This document shows, piece after piece, positions 39,768 to 53,890 of a stretch of DNA of 64,000 nt. The notes under the pieces are model-generated. The model worked only from the letters and a program-made list of their open reading frames with translations. It was not told the DNA's origin and ran no database searches. The stretch spans positions 15,684-79,683 of the forward strand of contig CAWGBQ010000003.1 of NCBI GenBank assembly GCA_963820885.1. The letters run 5' to 3'. Source of the DNA: an uncultured Gammaproteobacteria bacterium (GTDB lineage: Bacteria > Pseudomonadota > Gammaproteobacteria > Xanthomonadales > Rhodanobacteraceae). A program made the translations under genes and the position numbers. Within the stretch, counting starts at the first letter, position 1. Each line of letters starts with the position of its first letter.

Positions 39768-41528
39768 ATGAGCGAACCCACGCAATCCCCGCGCCGCCTC
39801 AGCGCGTTCACGCGGCTCCTGCCGCAGCTGAAGCCGCACAAGGCACTCATCGCCGGCTGGCTCGGCGCGCTTGCGTTGTCGTCGACCGCGACGCTGACGC
39901 TGCCGCAGGCCGTACGCGTCATGATCGACCGCGGGTTTGCACAGGCCGACGCCGCGACGATCAACGCGAGTTTCCTCGGCCTCTTCGCCGTCGCCGCCGT
40001 CCTTGCGGTCGCAACCGCCGCACGCTTCTTCTGCGTCGCGCTGCTCGGCGAGCGCGTCGCGGCCGATCTGCGCCGCAGGCTCTACGATCACCTGCTGACA
40101 CTCGATCAGGCGTTCTTCGAGAAGACGCGCACCGGCGAGCTCGTCTCGCGGCTCGCCGCCGACACCGAGCTCGTGCAGACCGTCGTCGGCTCGACGCTGT
40201 CGGTCGCGCTGCGCAGCTGCGTCACGCTGCTTGGCGCTGCGGTCATGATGATCCTCTCGAGCCCGCATCTCGCCGGACTTTCCGCGCTGGTGATCCCGGC
40301 TGTCGTGCTGCCGATCGTGATCTTCGGTCGCCGCGTGCAGAAACTTTCGCGCGAGAGCCAGGATCGCATCGCCGACGCGTCCGCGATCGCGAGCGAATCG
40401 CTGAACGCGATGCACACGGTGCAGGCGTATACGCGCGAGACGCGCGAATCGGAGCGCTATTCCGGCGCCGTCGCGCGCGCGCTCGCGACCGCGCGGCGGC
40501 GCATCGCGATGACGAGCACGCTGACCGCGCTCGTGATCCTGCTGACGTTCGGCGCGATCACGCTCGTGCTCTGGGCCGGCGCAAAAGCCGTCATCGGCGG
40601 CACCATGGCCGCGGGCGTGCTGAGCCAGTTCGTGCTTTACGCGATCCTCGCCGGCGGCTCGGTCGGCGCGCTGACCGAAGTCTGGGGCGAAGTGCTGCGC
40701 GCCGCCGGTGCGCTCGGCCGCATCGGCGAGCTGCTCGACACGCGTGCCGAGATCCGCTCGGCCGAACCACCCGAAACGCTCGCGAAACCCGTGCGCGGCG
40801 CGGTGCGCTTCGAGCACGTCGAGTTCCGCTATCCGTCGCGCCCGGACCGCGCGGCGCTGCACGATTTCTCGCTTGCGATCGAGCCCGGCGAAACGGTCGC
40901 GCTCGTCGGTCCTTCCGGCGCCGGCAAGAGCACCGTGTTCCAGCTGCTGCTGCGCTTCCACGATCCGCAACAAGGACGCATCACGCTCGACGGCGTTGAT
41001 CTGCGCGCGCTCGCGCTGCCGGATCTTCGCGGGAGTTTCGCGCTCGTGCCGCAGGATCCCGTGCTGTTCGGCGCGAGCGCTGCCGACAACATCGGCTTCG
41101 GGCGCAACGGCGCCGATGCCGACGCGATCGCCGCGGCCGCCCGCGCTGCCGAAGCGCATGAGTTTCTCGACGCGTTGCCCGAGCGCTACGAAACCTATCT
41201 CGGCGAGCGCGGCGTGCGCCTTTCGGGCGGACAGCAGCAGCGTGTCGCGATCGCGCGCGCGTTGCTGCGCGATGCGCCGATCCTGTTGCTCGACGAGGCG
41301 ACATCGAGTCTCGATGCGCAGTCGGAGCATTATGTGCAGCAGGCGCTCGAGCGGCTGATGCGCGGGCGCACGACGCTGGTCATTGCGCATCGATTGGCGA
41401 CTGTGCAGCGTGCCGATCGCATCGTCGTGCTGGATGCGGGGCGCATCGTCGCGCAAGGGACTCATGCGGAGCTCGTGCGGCAGGATGGGCTCTACGCGGA
41501 GCTTGCGCGGCTGCAATTTGCGGCGTAG
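39768..41528 (+). CDS. ABC exporter, fused permease/ATPase (MsbA/ABCB-like)
   Basis: TM domain plus [31 protein letters not shown]. Confidence 0.93.
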   Translation: MSEPTQSPRRLSAFTRLLPQLKPHKALIAGWLGALALSSTATLTLPQAVRVMIDRGFAQADAATINASFLGLFAVAAVLAVATAARFFCVALLGERVAADLRRRLYDHLLTLDQAFFEKTRTGELVSRLAADTELVQTVVGSTLSVALRSCVTLLGAAVMMILSSPHLAGLSALVIPAVVLPIVIFGRRVQKLSRESQDRIADASAIASESLNAMHTVQAYTRETRESERYSGAVARALATARRRIAMTSTLTALVILLTFGAITLVLWAGAKAVIGGTMAAGVLSQFVLYAILAGGSVGALTEVWGEVLRAAGALGRIGELLDTRAEIRSAEPPETLAKPVRGAVRFEHVEFRYPSRPDRAALHDFSLAIEPGETVALVGPSGAGKSTVFQLLLRFHDPQQGRITLDGVDLRALALPDLRGSFALVPQDPVLFGASAADNIGFGRNGADADAIAAAARAAEAHEFLDALPERYETYLGERGVRLSGGQQQRVAIARALLRDAPILLLDEATSSLDAQSEHYVQQALERLMRGRTTLVIAHRLATVQRADRIVVLDAGRIVAQGTHAELVRQDGLYAELARLQFAA

Positions 41529-41531
41529 CGC

Positions 41532-42355
41532 TTTAGCCCTCCCCTTCGAGGGGAGGGTTGGGTGGGGATGGTGTCCACCACCCTCGTCATTCCGGCGGAA
41601 GCCGGAATCCATTTTGATTTTTGCGTTCGGTTTTCGGGGTTTTCGCGATAACCGACTCACGTCCGTGTGCGTTTCGTCGACCATCCATGGTCGCCGGTTA
41701 CTTTCTTTTGCTTGCCCAAAAGAAAGTAACCAAAGAAAAGGGCACCCTCGGATTCGCGCCGCTCGCGGAGCGAGCGGTTCGCTACGGGCGGACGGGTTTC
41801 GGCCCACAGGCCATCCATGGCCTGTTGTCCGAATCGGCGCGATCCCTCGCGCCGCCCGCGTGCGGTGCACGCGGCTGTTCCGTCCACCCTCCGCCGCTGC
41901 TCAGAGGGGACCCGAAGAGCAAAGCGAAAGAAAGAAAAAGAAACCGACGTGTCGCATATATCCGGTGTCGCATATATCCGATGCTTCTGCGGCAGGGACT
42001 GCCGCGCTCTGCTCTTCCCGGGTTCCCTCTCGGCCGCGGCAAGGACTCGGAGGAAAAGCCGCGAAGCGGTGGCCGGCAGGATGCCGGCCACTTCGACGAG
42101 AGCACACGGATGTGCTCCCGGCGAAGCCCTCCGAGTCCTTGCGTAGTTTGCCGGGCATGGATGCCCGGCAAACCGCGACCGCGAGGGTGCCTTTTTCTTT
42201 GGTTACTTTCTTTTGGGCAAGCAAAAGAAAGTAACTGGCGGCCATGGATGGCCGACGAAACCACACACGGACGTGAGTCGGTTATCGCGACAACGCCAAC
42301 AACGCAAACCCAACACCATCCCCACCCAACCCTCCCCTTGAAGGGGAGGGCTAAA
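41532..42355. mobile_element. Non-coding foldback (MITE/REPIN-like) element, copy 1
   Basis: Outer 43-bp REP-type inverted repeat (41532-41574/42313-42355, one mismatch); inner ~108-bp inverted repeat (41643-41750/42182-42290); second copy at 61.7 kb. Confidence 0.8.
42039..42142 (+). ncRNA. TwoAYGGAY-like structured module (two GGA-loop hairpins in a closing stem)
   Basis: 15-bp closing stem; hairpins with CAGGATG and ACACGGATGT loops; covaries with copy 2. Confidence 0.55.
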
Positions 42356-42427
42356 ACAGAGACCCGATCCACATCCAACCAACAGTCCACTGCTATCCTC
42401 CGAAAGCAGGCGCGGGGGAGACCGCCC

Positions 42428-42996
42428 ATGGCCGACACCTCGGCCGACATCACCGAACTGCTGAACGCCGCCCAATCCGGTGATTCCGACGCGCAGGAAA
42501 CCGCCTACGCGCTCGTCTACGACGAGCTGAAACGCTGCGCGCGGCGCCAGAAGGCGTTCGTGCCGGGCTCGTCGCTGTCGCCGACGGCGCTCGTCAGCGA
42601 GCTTTACCTGCGCCTCAGCGGCCACGACACCGACCGCATCCGCAACCGCGCGCATTTCTTCGCGCTCGCGGCGCGCGCGATGCGCCAGATCATCGTCGAC
42701 CATGCGCGCCGCCGCACGAGCGTCAAGCGCGGCGGCGTCGCCGATCACACCGACGTCGCGACGCTCGATCTTGCGACCGCGACGGCCGAACAAGCGCTCG
42801 AGCTCGATGCGGCGCTGACCGTCGCTCGCCGAGCGCGATGCCGATCTCGCGCAGCTCGTCGAATGGCATTTCTTCGCCGGCCTCTCGTTCGAGGAAATCG
42901 CCGACGAGCTCGGCCGCCACGAGCGCACGGTGCGCCGCGATTGGGAGCTCGCGCGCGCCTGCCTGCAGCAGTCGATGTCGGTCGTCGGCGACCGGC

Positions 42997-43000
<4 letters not shown>
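42428..43000 (+). CDS. ECF sigma factor of the Ser/Thr-kinase-associated type (apparent frameshifts; 3' end approximate)
   Basis: DITELL, VYDELKR.A, SLSPTALVSELYLRL, NRAHFFALAARAMRQIIVDHAR, KRGG, RTVRRDW..AR. Confidence 0.88.
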
Positions 43001-45953
<2,953 letters not shown>

Positions 45954-45995
45954 TCGCATTCGCCATCGCGCGTCGACTGCGGTTATCGTGCGCGC

Positions 45996-47726
45996 ATGTC
46001 GGATCCGATCGAACAGCAGCTCGCGACGGCATCGCGCCTCGCGCAGGCGGGCGCTTGGCGCGAAGCACGCGATGTGCTGCAAGGCCTGGTTGCGGCGCAT
46101 CCGGATGCCATCGCGGCACGGCGTGCGCTCGTGCATTGCCATCTTCGTCTCGACGACGCGGACGCTGCGCTCGACGTCGCGCGACATTCGACGCTGCTCG
46201 ACGACGCGTCGGCCGTCGGCGAGACGCTCGCCGATTTCGGCGCCGCGGGCGCGCACGAACGCGTATGTCGAGCTGCTGCGCGCCCGCGCCGAGCGGCATC
46301 CAGACGACTATCGCGCCGCTGTCGCGCTCGCCGCTGCATTGCACGGGTTCGGACGGCCGAGCGAAGCGCTGCCGTGGGCGACGCGCGCACAAGCGCTGCA
46401 ACCCGGCGAGCGGCAGCCGATCGAGATCCGTGCGGCCGCGATGATCGATCGCGGTGACGTCGAAACCGGTCTTGCGCTCTACCGCGAGCTGCTCGCGCGG
46501 AGCGACGATCGCGAAACCGCGGCGCGCCACCTCGTGCTGATGCACTACGACCCGACGCAGACGAACGAGAGCCTGTTCGCTGCACTGCGCGCGTTTGCAG
46601 AGCGGCATCTGCGTCCGTCGGGTCCGCCATTCGTGGCGCGGCACGATGCGAACCCGAAACGCGCACTCCGCATCGGCTGGCTGTCGCCGCGGTTCACGGA
46701 AGGTCCCGTTCCGGTGTTCCTGACCGGCCTGCTTGCGCGCGTTCGACCGCAGCCGTCACAAGCATCTGCTGATCGCATTGCAGCCCGGCGGCGACGCGGC
46801 GACGGCACGACTCCGCCAGCTCGCCGACGAATGGTTCGACCTTTCAGGCCTCGACGACGCGATGCTGCTGCAGCGCCTGCGCGCGCTCGAGCTCGACGTG
46901 CTGATCGATCTCGCCGGTCATTCGACGGCGAACCGGCTCGCGGTCGTCGCGCAGCGCGTCGCGCCGGTGCAGGTGTCGTGGCTCGACTGGTTCGACACGA
47001 CGGCGGCGCCCGCGATGGATGCGTGGATCAGCGATCGCTGGCTGACGCCGCGACGAATCGACGCAGCGGTACACCGAGCGGCTGATCCGACTCGACGCGG
47101 GCCGCTTTTGCTACACGCCGTCCGACGATGCGCCGCCGGCGACGTATGTGGGCGACGATGCGGTCGTGTTCGCGTCGTTCAACCGGCTCGCGAAGCTCAA
47201 TGCAGGCGTGCTCGAAGCGTGGGCGAGGATTCTGCGGCGCGTGCCGAACGCGCGCCTCGAGCTCGGCGCGCGGCTGCTCGACGATCCCGCGACGCGCGCC
47301 TACACGTTCGAGCGATTCGCCGCGCTCGGCATCGGTGCAGATCGGCTGAGACTCCACGGCCAGCGCCCGTATGGCGAGCTGCTGGCCGCTTATCGCGGAA
47401 TCGATATCGCGCTCGACCCGTTCCCGTTCTCGGGCTGCACGACGACTTGCGATGCGCTCTACATGGGCACCGCTGTCGTCACGCTGCCGGGCGAGACGTT
47501 CGTCAGCCGGCAGAGCGCGAGCCTGCTGCAGCGGGTCGGACGCGACGCGTGGATTGCGCGCGATCGCGACGACTACGTCGAGCGCGCCGTCGCGCTCGCT
47601 TCAGATGCCGCGGCTTTACGGCACTCTCGGGGAACGTTGCGCGCGGACGTCGTCGCGCACCTCTGCAACGCGGGCGCGCAGGCGCGCGACTTCGCGGCAC
47701 AGCTCGGCGCCCTCTGCGATCGCTGA
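45996..47726 (+). CDS. TPR-containing GT41 (OGT/SPINDLY-like) glycosyltransferase (apparent frameshifts)
   Basis: LDVLIDLAGHS..NRL...RVAPVQVSWL, FASFNRLAKL, DIALDPFPFSG.TTTCDALYMG..VVTLPG....SRQSAS. Confidence 0.87.
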
Positions 47727-47760
47727 GCCCAACGCGCCCTGTGCGGGCGTGTGCCGCGAC

Positions 47761-47785
47761 AAAAAAAGCCCCGCAGTGCGGGGCT
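47761..47785 (-). terminator. Rho-independent terminator of the cold-shock gene
   Basis: AGCCCCGC-ACT-GCGGGGCT followed by a T run on the minus strand. Confidence 0.85.
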
Positions 47786-47811
47786 CATAGAAAATACGGA
47801 TTCGGAAGCAC

Positions 47812-48018
47812 TTACTTGATCAGCTGCACCCCTGCAGCTTGGGAACCCTTCGGCCCCTGGACCACCTCGAAATTGACTAGCTGTCCCTGCTGAAGCGTGC
47901 GGAATCCCTGCGAGTTGATGGCCGAGTAGTGAACGAACACGTCCTCGCCGCCTTCTTCGGGTGCGATGAACCCGAACCCCTTGGCATCGTTAAACCACTT
48001 CACTGTACCGGTACGCAT
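47812..48018 (-). CDS. Cold-shock domain protein
   Basis: [24 protein letters not shown]. Confidence 0.97.
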   Translation of the reverse strand: MRTGTVKWFNDAKGFGFIAPEEGGEDVFVHYSAINSQGFRTLQQGQLVNFEVVQGPKGSQAAGVQLIK

Positions 48019-48107
48019 CGATGGAGCCTCTAAGCTGTTGGACTGCGTGCCGCGCGATGAGCACCCCCAGCAACGTCATTCGGAGTCTTTTAGCGCGACA
48101 CAACATC

Positions 48108-48138
48108 AGTATAACAATTGCTTAACTTGAAGAATCAA
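48108..48138 (-). promoter_or_regulatory. Putative sigma70 promoter of the csp gene (extended -10)
   Basis: TTGATT-N19-TATACT with TGn directly before the -10, in an AT-rich patch. Confidence 0.5.
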
Positions 48139-48325
48139 GCCCTTCCGGTGACTTTCGAAGGGTGCGGGCCACTGAGCGACCGGTGGACGCGTGGCATGCG
48201 CGCCATTTTTTTCTATAGCAAAATCAATTATTATAGCGCGGCAACAGTTCCGAATAAGCTTTTATCGCTGGTATGGAGTGCGCGCACTTCGGGCTGAGTT
48301 CGCGCAGCACTGGTAGGGCGACTCG

Positions 48326-50900
48326 ATGTCCGATCGCTGGCTCCGCCTGCGGCCGCTGCTGGACCGGCTCTCGATCTCGAGGGCGAGCCGACGCAACGCT
48401 ATCTCGATTCGCTGCCGGCGCGGACGCGGAATCTGCGCGTCGATCTCGAGCGGCTGCTCGCCGAACACGAAGCGCTCGGACCGCAGATCTGGCCCAATGC
48501 GATGGAGCTTGCGGCACTCGCCGTCGCCGAGCGGATGCACGACGATGCCGCATCGGATGAGTCGCGCGTCGGCCAGTCGATCGGCCCGTACCGCCTCGTG
48601 CGACTGCTCGGCACAGGCGGCATGGGCGCGGTCTATCTCGCCGAGCGATCGAAGGACGGCTTCACGCAGACCGTGGCGCTCAAGGTCGTGCGCAAGTCGC
48701 TCGGCAGCCAGGCCGCGCGCGATCGCTTCGAACGCGAGCGGCAGATTCTCGCCCGGCTCAAGCATCCCGGCATCGCGCTGCTGTTCGACGGCGGCCAGAC
48801 CGCCGAAGGCCAGTCGTTCTACACGATGGAGTATGTCGACGGCGAAGCGATAACGGCTTATTGCGAGCGTCACGCTGACAACGTCGCTGCACGCGTGCGC
48901 CTGCTGATGCAGGTCGCCGACGACGCTGGCCTATGCACACCAGAACCTGATCGTGCATCGGGACATCAAGCCCTCGAACGTGCTCGTGACTGGCGATGAC
49001 CGCGTCAAGCTCGTCGATTTCGGTCTCGCCAAGCTGCTCGACGAGCACGTGATGCCGACGATGACGCAAACCGGGCTCGGACCGATGACGCCGGTCTACG
49101 CAGCGCCGGAACAGTTCCTCAACGGAGCGACGACGGTCGCGACCGACATCTACCAGTTCGGCGTGCTTTGTTTCCTGGTCCTGACCGGCCACCTCCCCTA
49201 TCGCGCTGATCCCGAACGACAACCTGCGCTGGGCGCGCGCGGTCACGGAGGAGGAGCCGATCGCGCTGCGCACAGGCGGCCGCAGGTCCCGCGCACGAAC
49301 GCGGAGACTTCACGCATCCGGTGCCACCGCGCTTCGCGCGCCAGCTGACGCCGCGATCTCGATGCGATCGTGCGCAAGGCCTGGCGAAGGTTCCCGAGCA
49401 GCGCTATCGCTCGACGGACGCCATGATCATCGGATCTCGAAGCGTTTCTCGCCGCATCGGCCGGTTAGCAGCGCGGCACGCGGGGCCGCTTTATTTCGCG
49501 TGGCGCTTCGTACAGCGCCGGCGCTATGCGGTCGGCGCGACGGTGCTCGCGTTCGCCGCGCTCGGCGCCGCGGCATTGTCGCGCTGCGCCAAGTCGCAGT
49601 CGCCGCCGCAGCAGACCGAGCGCGCGGAGCGCGAAGCCGCCGTGCGCGACGTGACACGGGCGATGCTGACGGATCTGTTGCGCGTAGGGCCAGCCGAGCG
49701 CCGCCGACCGAACGGCCACCTCGGCACTCGAAGCACTCGACCAGGGCACGGAACGCACGTTGAAGGCGCTCGGCGCGAATCCTGAAGCATCGCGCAATGG
49801 CCGTCAGCGTGCTGGCGGAGAGCTATCTCGAGCTCGATCATCCGAAACGCGCACGTGAGTTGATCGAGCGACGTTGCCGATGCTCAGCGGAGTCGAAGAC
49901 CTACCGCGCATCGATGACACTGCAGCTCGATCTGCTACTGGCGCGCGCCGCCGCCGAGCTTGGCGAGATCGCGCCGAGCCAGCCGCCTCGACAGAGCTGG
50001 ACGCGGCGAATGCTAACCATCGATGCGCTCGGATTGCCCCAGGATTCGCCCGTTCGCTCGCGGCCGGCTCGTCGACGTACAACTTGCAATCCACGAAGGC
50101 CACCAGGAGAGGCTCGCTGATCCGCTACGCAGCTTTTGCGCGAAAGTGATCGTCCGGCGACTGAATGGGACGCTGGAGTTCGCGACCTGCTACGCATGCA
50201 TGCACCGTACGTCGACGATGATGTCGGAGTTAGGCTTTGCTTCAGCGCGCATGGAGGATCTACCGCGGCGCACTACGGCAACGAACAGCCCTGCTGCGCT
50301 TGCGGAACCCAACGACTCATGATCGAGGAGGATCTGAAGGGACCCCATCGTCTTGATGACGATCGACTACTTTCCGAACAACAGGCACAGGTACGCGATT
50401 CATTCGGCGAAGCAGTCGCTCGACTATGCCGACATGCTTGAGACTTCGCTGCGACCAGAGCGAGGCAGCGCAACAACTACGCCGAATGCGGAGACGTGCT
50501 GGCGCCAAGTGCTATCAATTTCTGACGAGAAAGCGCCCGACAGCGAGATGACTGCTCGCCACCGCAAACGACAATCTCGCGGCGGATCTTGATCCGGCTC
50601 GCACAGCCGGCCGAAGCACTGCCGTTCTATCAACACGAGCTCGCGATCCGTTCAACACACTTCGCGCCGAGCAAACCCCAAAGTCATCCATTCTCGCTTG
50701 CAGATCGCGAGACCCGCTGTCTTCTCGGCGAGATCGACGTCGCGCTGCGCGAGTTCAACTCAGCGATCGTCGATTACGTCGCATCGGTAGGCCCACAGCA
50801 TCCTTACGAGGCGGTCTACGCGGCGTCGCTTCGCGCGCTGCCTGCTCGACGCGATCGCTCTGAGGCCGCGCGGTCGTCTGGAAAGCCACGCGCGCCTTGA
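48326..50900 (+). CDS. Second Ser/Thr protein kinase with TM/TPR-like C-terminus (heavily frameshifted; may be a pseudogene; 3' end approximate)
   Basis: LGTGGMGAVY, VALKVVR, HRDIKPSN, DFGLAK, YAAPEQ, TDIYQFG. Confidence 0.75.
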
Positions 50901-50990
50901 TCCGCCGCGCAAAGACATGACCGAAGACGATCGCGCGGACGTCATCGCGGTCTGGAACGTCTCGCGCTCTGACGAATCGGAGCTTACGCG

Positions 50991-51746
<756 letters not shown>

Positions 51747-51750
<4 letters not shown>

Positions 51751-52306
51751 GCGTCGACCGCGTAGATCGCGGGCAGGTTGCGCCCCTGCTCGTGGTAGTC
51801 CATGCCGTAGCCGAACACGTAGCGGTCCGGCACCTCGACGCCGACAGAAGTCCGCGGCGATGCCGGGCACGCGGCGCGTCGTGGCGCTTCTCGCACAGCA
51901 CGGCGATCGAGCACGCGCGCCGCGCCCTGGTCGAGGCAGAAGTCGCGGATCGCCCTCAGCGTGTAGCCTTCGTCGAGGATGTCGTCGACCAGCAGCACGG
52001 TCTCGCCCGAGCAGCGCGCATGCGGGACGCTTGATCCAGGCAAGGTCGCCGCCGGCGCGTGGCGCCGCGATAGCGCGTCGCGTGCACGTAGTCGAACTCG
52101 AGCGTCGGCCGCAATCGCCAGCGCGAGCTGGCCGCGCGAAGACCAGCGCGCCGTGCATGACGGTCAGGAAGATCGCGCGTTCGCCGGCTAGAACGCGGTC
52201 GATCTCGCCGCCGACGCGCTGGATCGCGCGCATCGAGCACGTCGCGATCGTGCACGCGCTCGGCGCGTGCGAGCGCGTCCGCGAGGCGCGGCTGATTGGT
52301 CTCCAT
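51747..52306 (-). CDS. hpt: Hypoxanthine-guanine phosphoribosyltransferase (apparent frameshifts)
   Basis: [46 protein letters not shown]. Confidence 0.9.
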
Positions 52307-52307
52307 C

Positions 52308-53337
52308 TCAGGCGACTCCTTCCGTGGTGGCATCGAGCGAGTCACGCGCGCGACGAACGCGTCACGCTGCGGATTGTCGAGCGAGCGATTGCCAGGTCTG
52401 CGCGACGGCGCCCTGCAAGCGTCGCGACTTTCGCGCGGCGGCGCACGGCTCCGCATGTCGGCTCGCCGCGAGCGCTTCGGGCACGATGCCGGCGCTGCAC
52501 ACCAGCACGAGATCGCAGCCGGCGAGCAGGTGCGCGTCGATGCGCGCGCCGATGCCGCCGAGCGATTCGGCCGCGGCCATGCCGATGTCGTCGCTGAACA
52601 CGACGCCCGCGAAAACCGAGCTCGTCGCGCAGGATGTCCTCGATCCAGATGCGCGAGTAGCCGGCCGGGCCGCGCGTCGACCGCGGGATACGTCACGTGC
52701 GCCATCATGACCGCCTCGGCACCGGCGGCGATGCCGTCGGCGAACGGCACGAGATCGGTCTCGCGCAGTTCGTCGAGCGTGCGCGGATCGATCGCGGCGT
52801 CGAAGTGCGTGTCCTCGAGCGACCGATGCCGTGTCCCGGAAAATGCTTGATCGTCGCGGCCATGCCGGCGAGACGCATGCCGCGCAGATACGCCTGTCCG
52901 AGCTCGGAGACCATCGCGGGATCGGCGCGAGAAAGCGCGCTCGCCGATCGCACGATTGCCGCGCGCGAGATCGACGACCGGCGCGAAGCTCATGTCGATG
53001 TCGATCGCGCGCATTTCGCTCGCCATCAGCCAGGCATGTTCTTCGGCGAGCGCAAGCGCCGCGCCGGATCGCGCGCGTACAGCTCGCCGATGCGCGCCAG
53101 CGCCGGCAAGTCGCGTGAAGCCGTCGCGGAAGCGCTGCACGGGGCCACCTTCCTGGTCGACGCAGACGCAGGAACGGATCGGGCCGCGTCGGCGCGAAGG
53201 TCGTCGATCAGCGTCGTCACCTGCTCGCGGTTGTCGAAGTTGCGCGTGAACAGGATCACGCCGCTGACCTGCGGCGTCGCGAGCCAGTCGCGATCTTGTG
53301 CGGTCAGCGTCTTTCCGGGCAGGCCGATGATCAGCAT
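52308..53337 (-). CDS. nagZ: Beta-N-acetylhexosaminidase (apparent frameshifts)
   Basis: GVILFTRNF, SFAPVVDL, KHFPGHG, MMAHV.YP, FSDDIGM. Confidence 0.92.
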
Positions 53338-53383
53338 TCGCGGGCCGATCGAGCTCTTAGGACCCGTAGTCTATCGCGGGCGC

Positions 53384-53884
53384 TCAGTCGGGCGCGCGCT
53401 CGGCCTCGCTCCAGCGCGAATACGGATGGCTCGCGAGATTCACATTGTAGTAGCGCGCGATCGGCGCTGACTTCGCGACCGAGCCACGCGGGCCGCTCGA
53501 ACGGCTCGTCGGCTGCGACAAGCTCGAGTCTCGGCGACGACCAGGCCGGCATTGTCGCCGAGGAATTCGTCGACTTCGAACAGGTGTCCGGCGACGATCA
53601 CATGATGCCGGATTTTCTCGACGCGCTCGCCGCAGAGCGTCGCGAGCATGCGCTCGGCGTCGGCGAGCGGGATCGCGTATTCGTATTCGTCGCGCTCGAC
53701 GCCGAGCGTCGCCGACTTGATGTTGAGCCACGCGTGCTCGCCGGCGATGCGCACGCGCACCGAGCAGCGCGAAACCGGCGGACCTGGCGAGATAGCCCTG
53801 CACCATGCGGCTCGCTGCGCGTCGACGTCGCGCGCGCCACGCGTCGCCGACGACGAGGAACTTGCGTTCGATTTCGACGGCCAT
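53384..53884 (-). CDS. CYTH domain protein (apparent frameshifts)
   Basis: EIERKFLV, QGYL, EYEYAIP, FEVDEF.GDNAGL, YYN..L. Confidence 0.88.
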   Translation of the reverse strand: MAVEIERKFLVVGDAWRARRRRAASRMVQGYLARSAGFALLGARAHRRRARVAQHQVGDARRRARRIRIRDPARRRRAHARDALRRARRENPASCDRRRTPVRSRRIPRRQCRPGRRRDSSLSQPTSRSSGPRGSVAKSAPIARYYNVNLASHPYSRWSEAERAPD

Positions 53885-53890
53885 GCGGTC

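Noticed and set aside
41383-42453. ORFs across the foldback elements (FFGYFLLGKQKKVT-type peptides), also at 61.6-62.5 kb
   Set aside because: Translations of inverted repeats in several frames on both strands, with no RBS or codon bias
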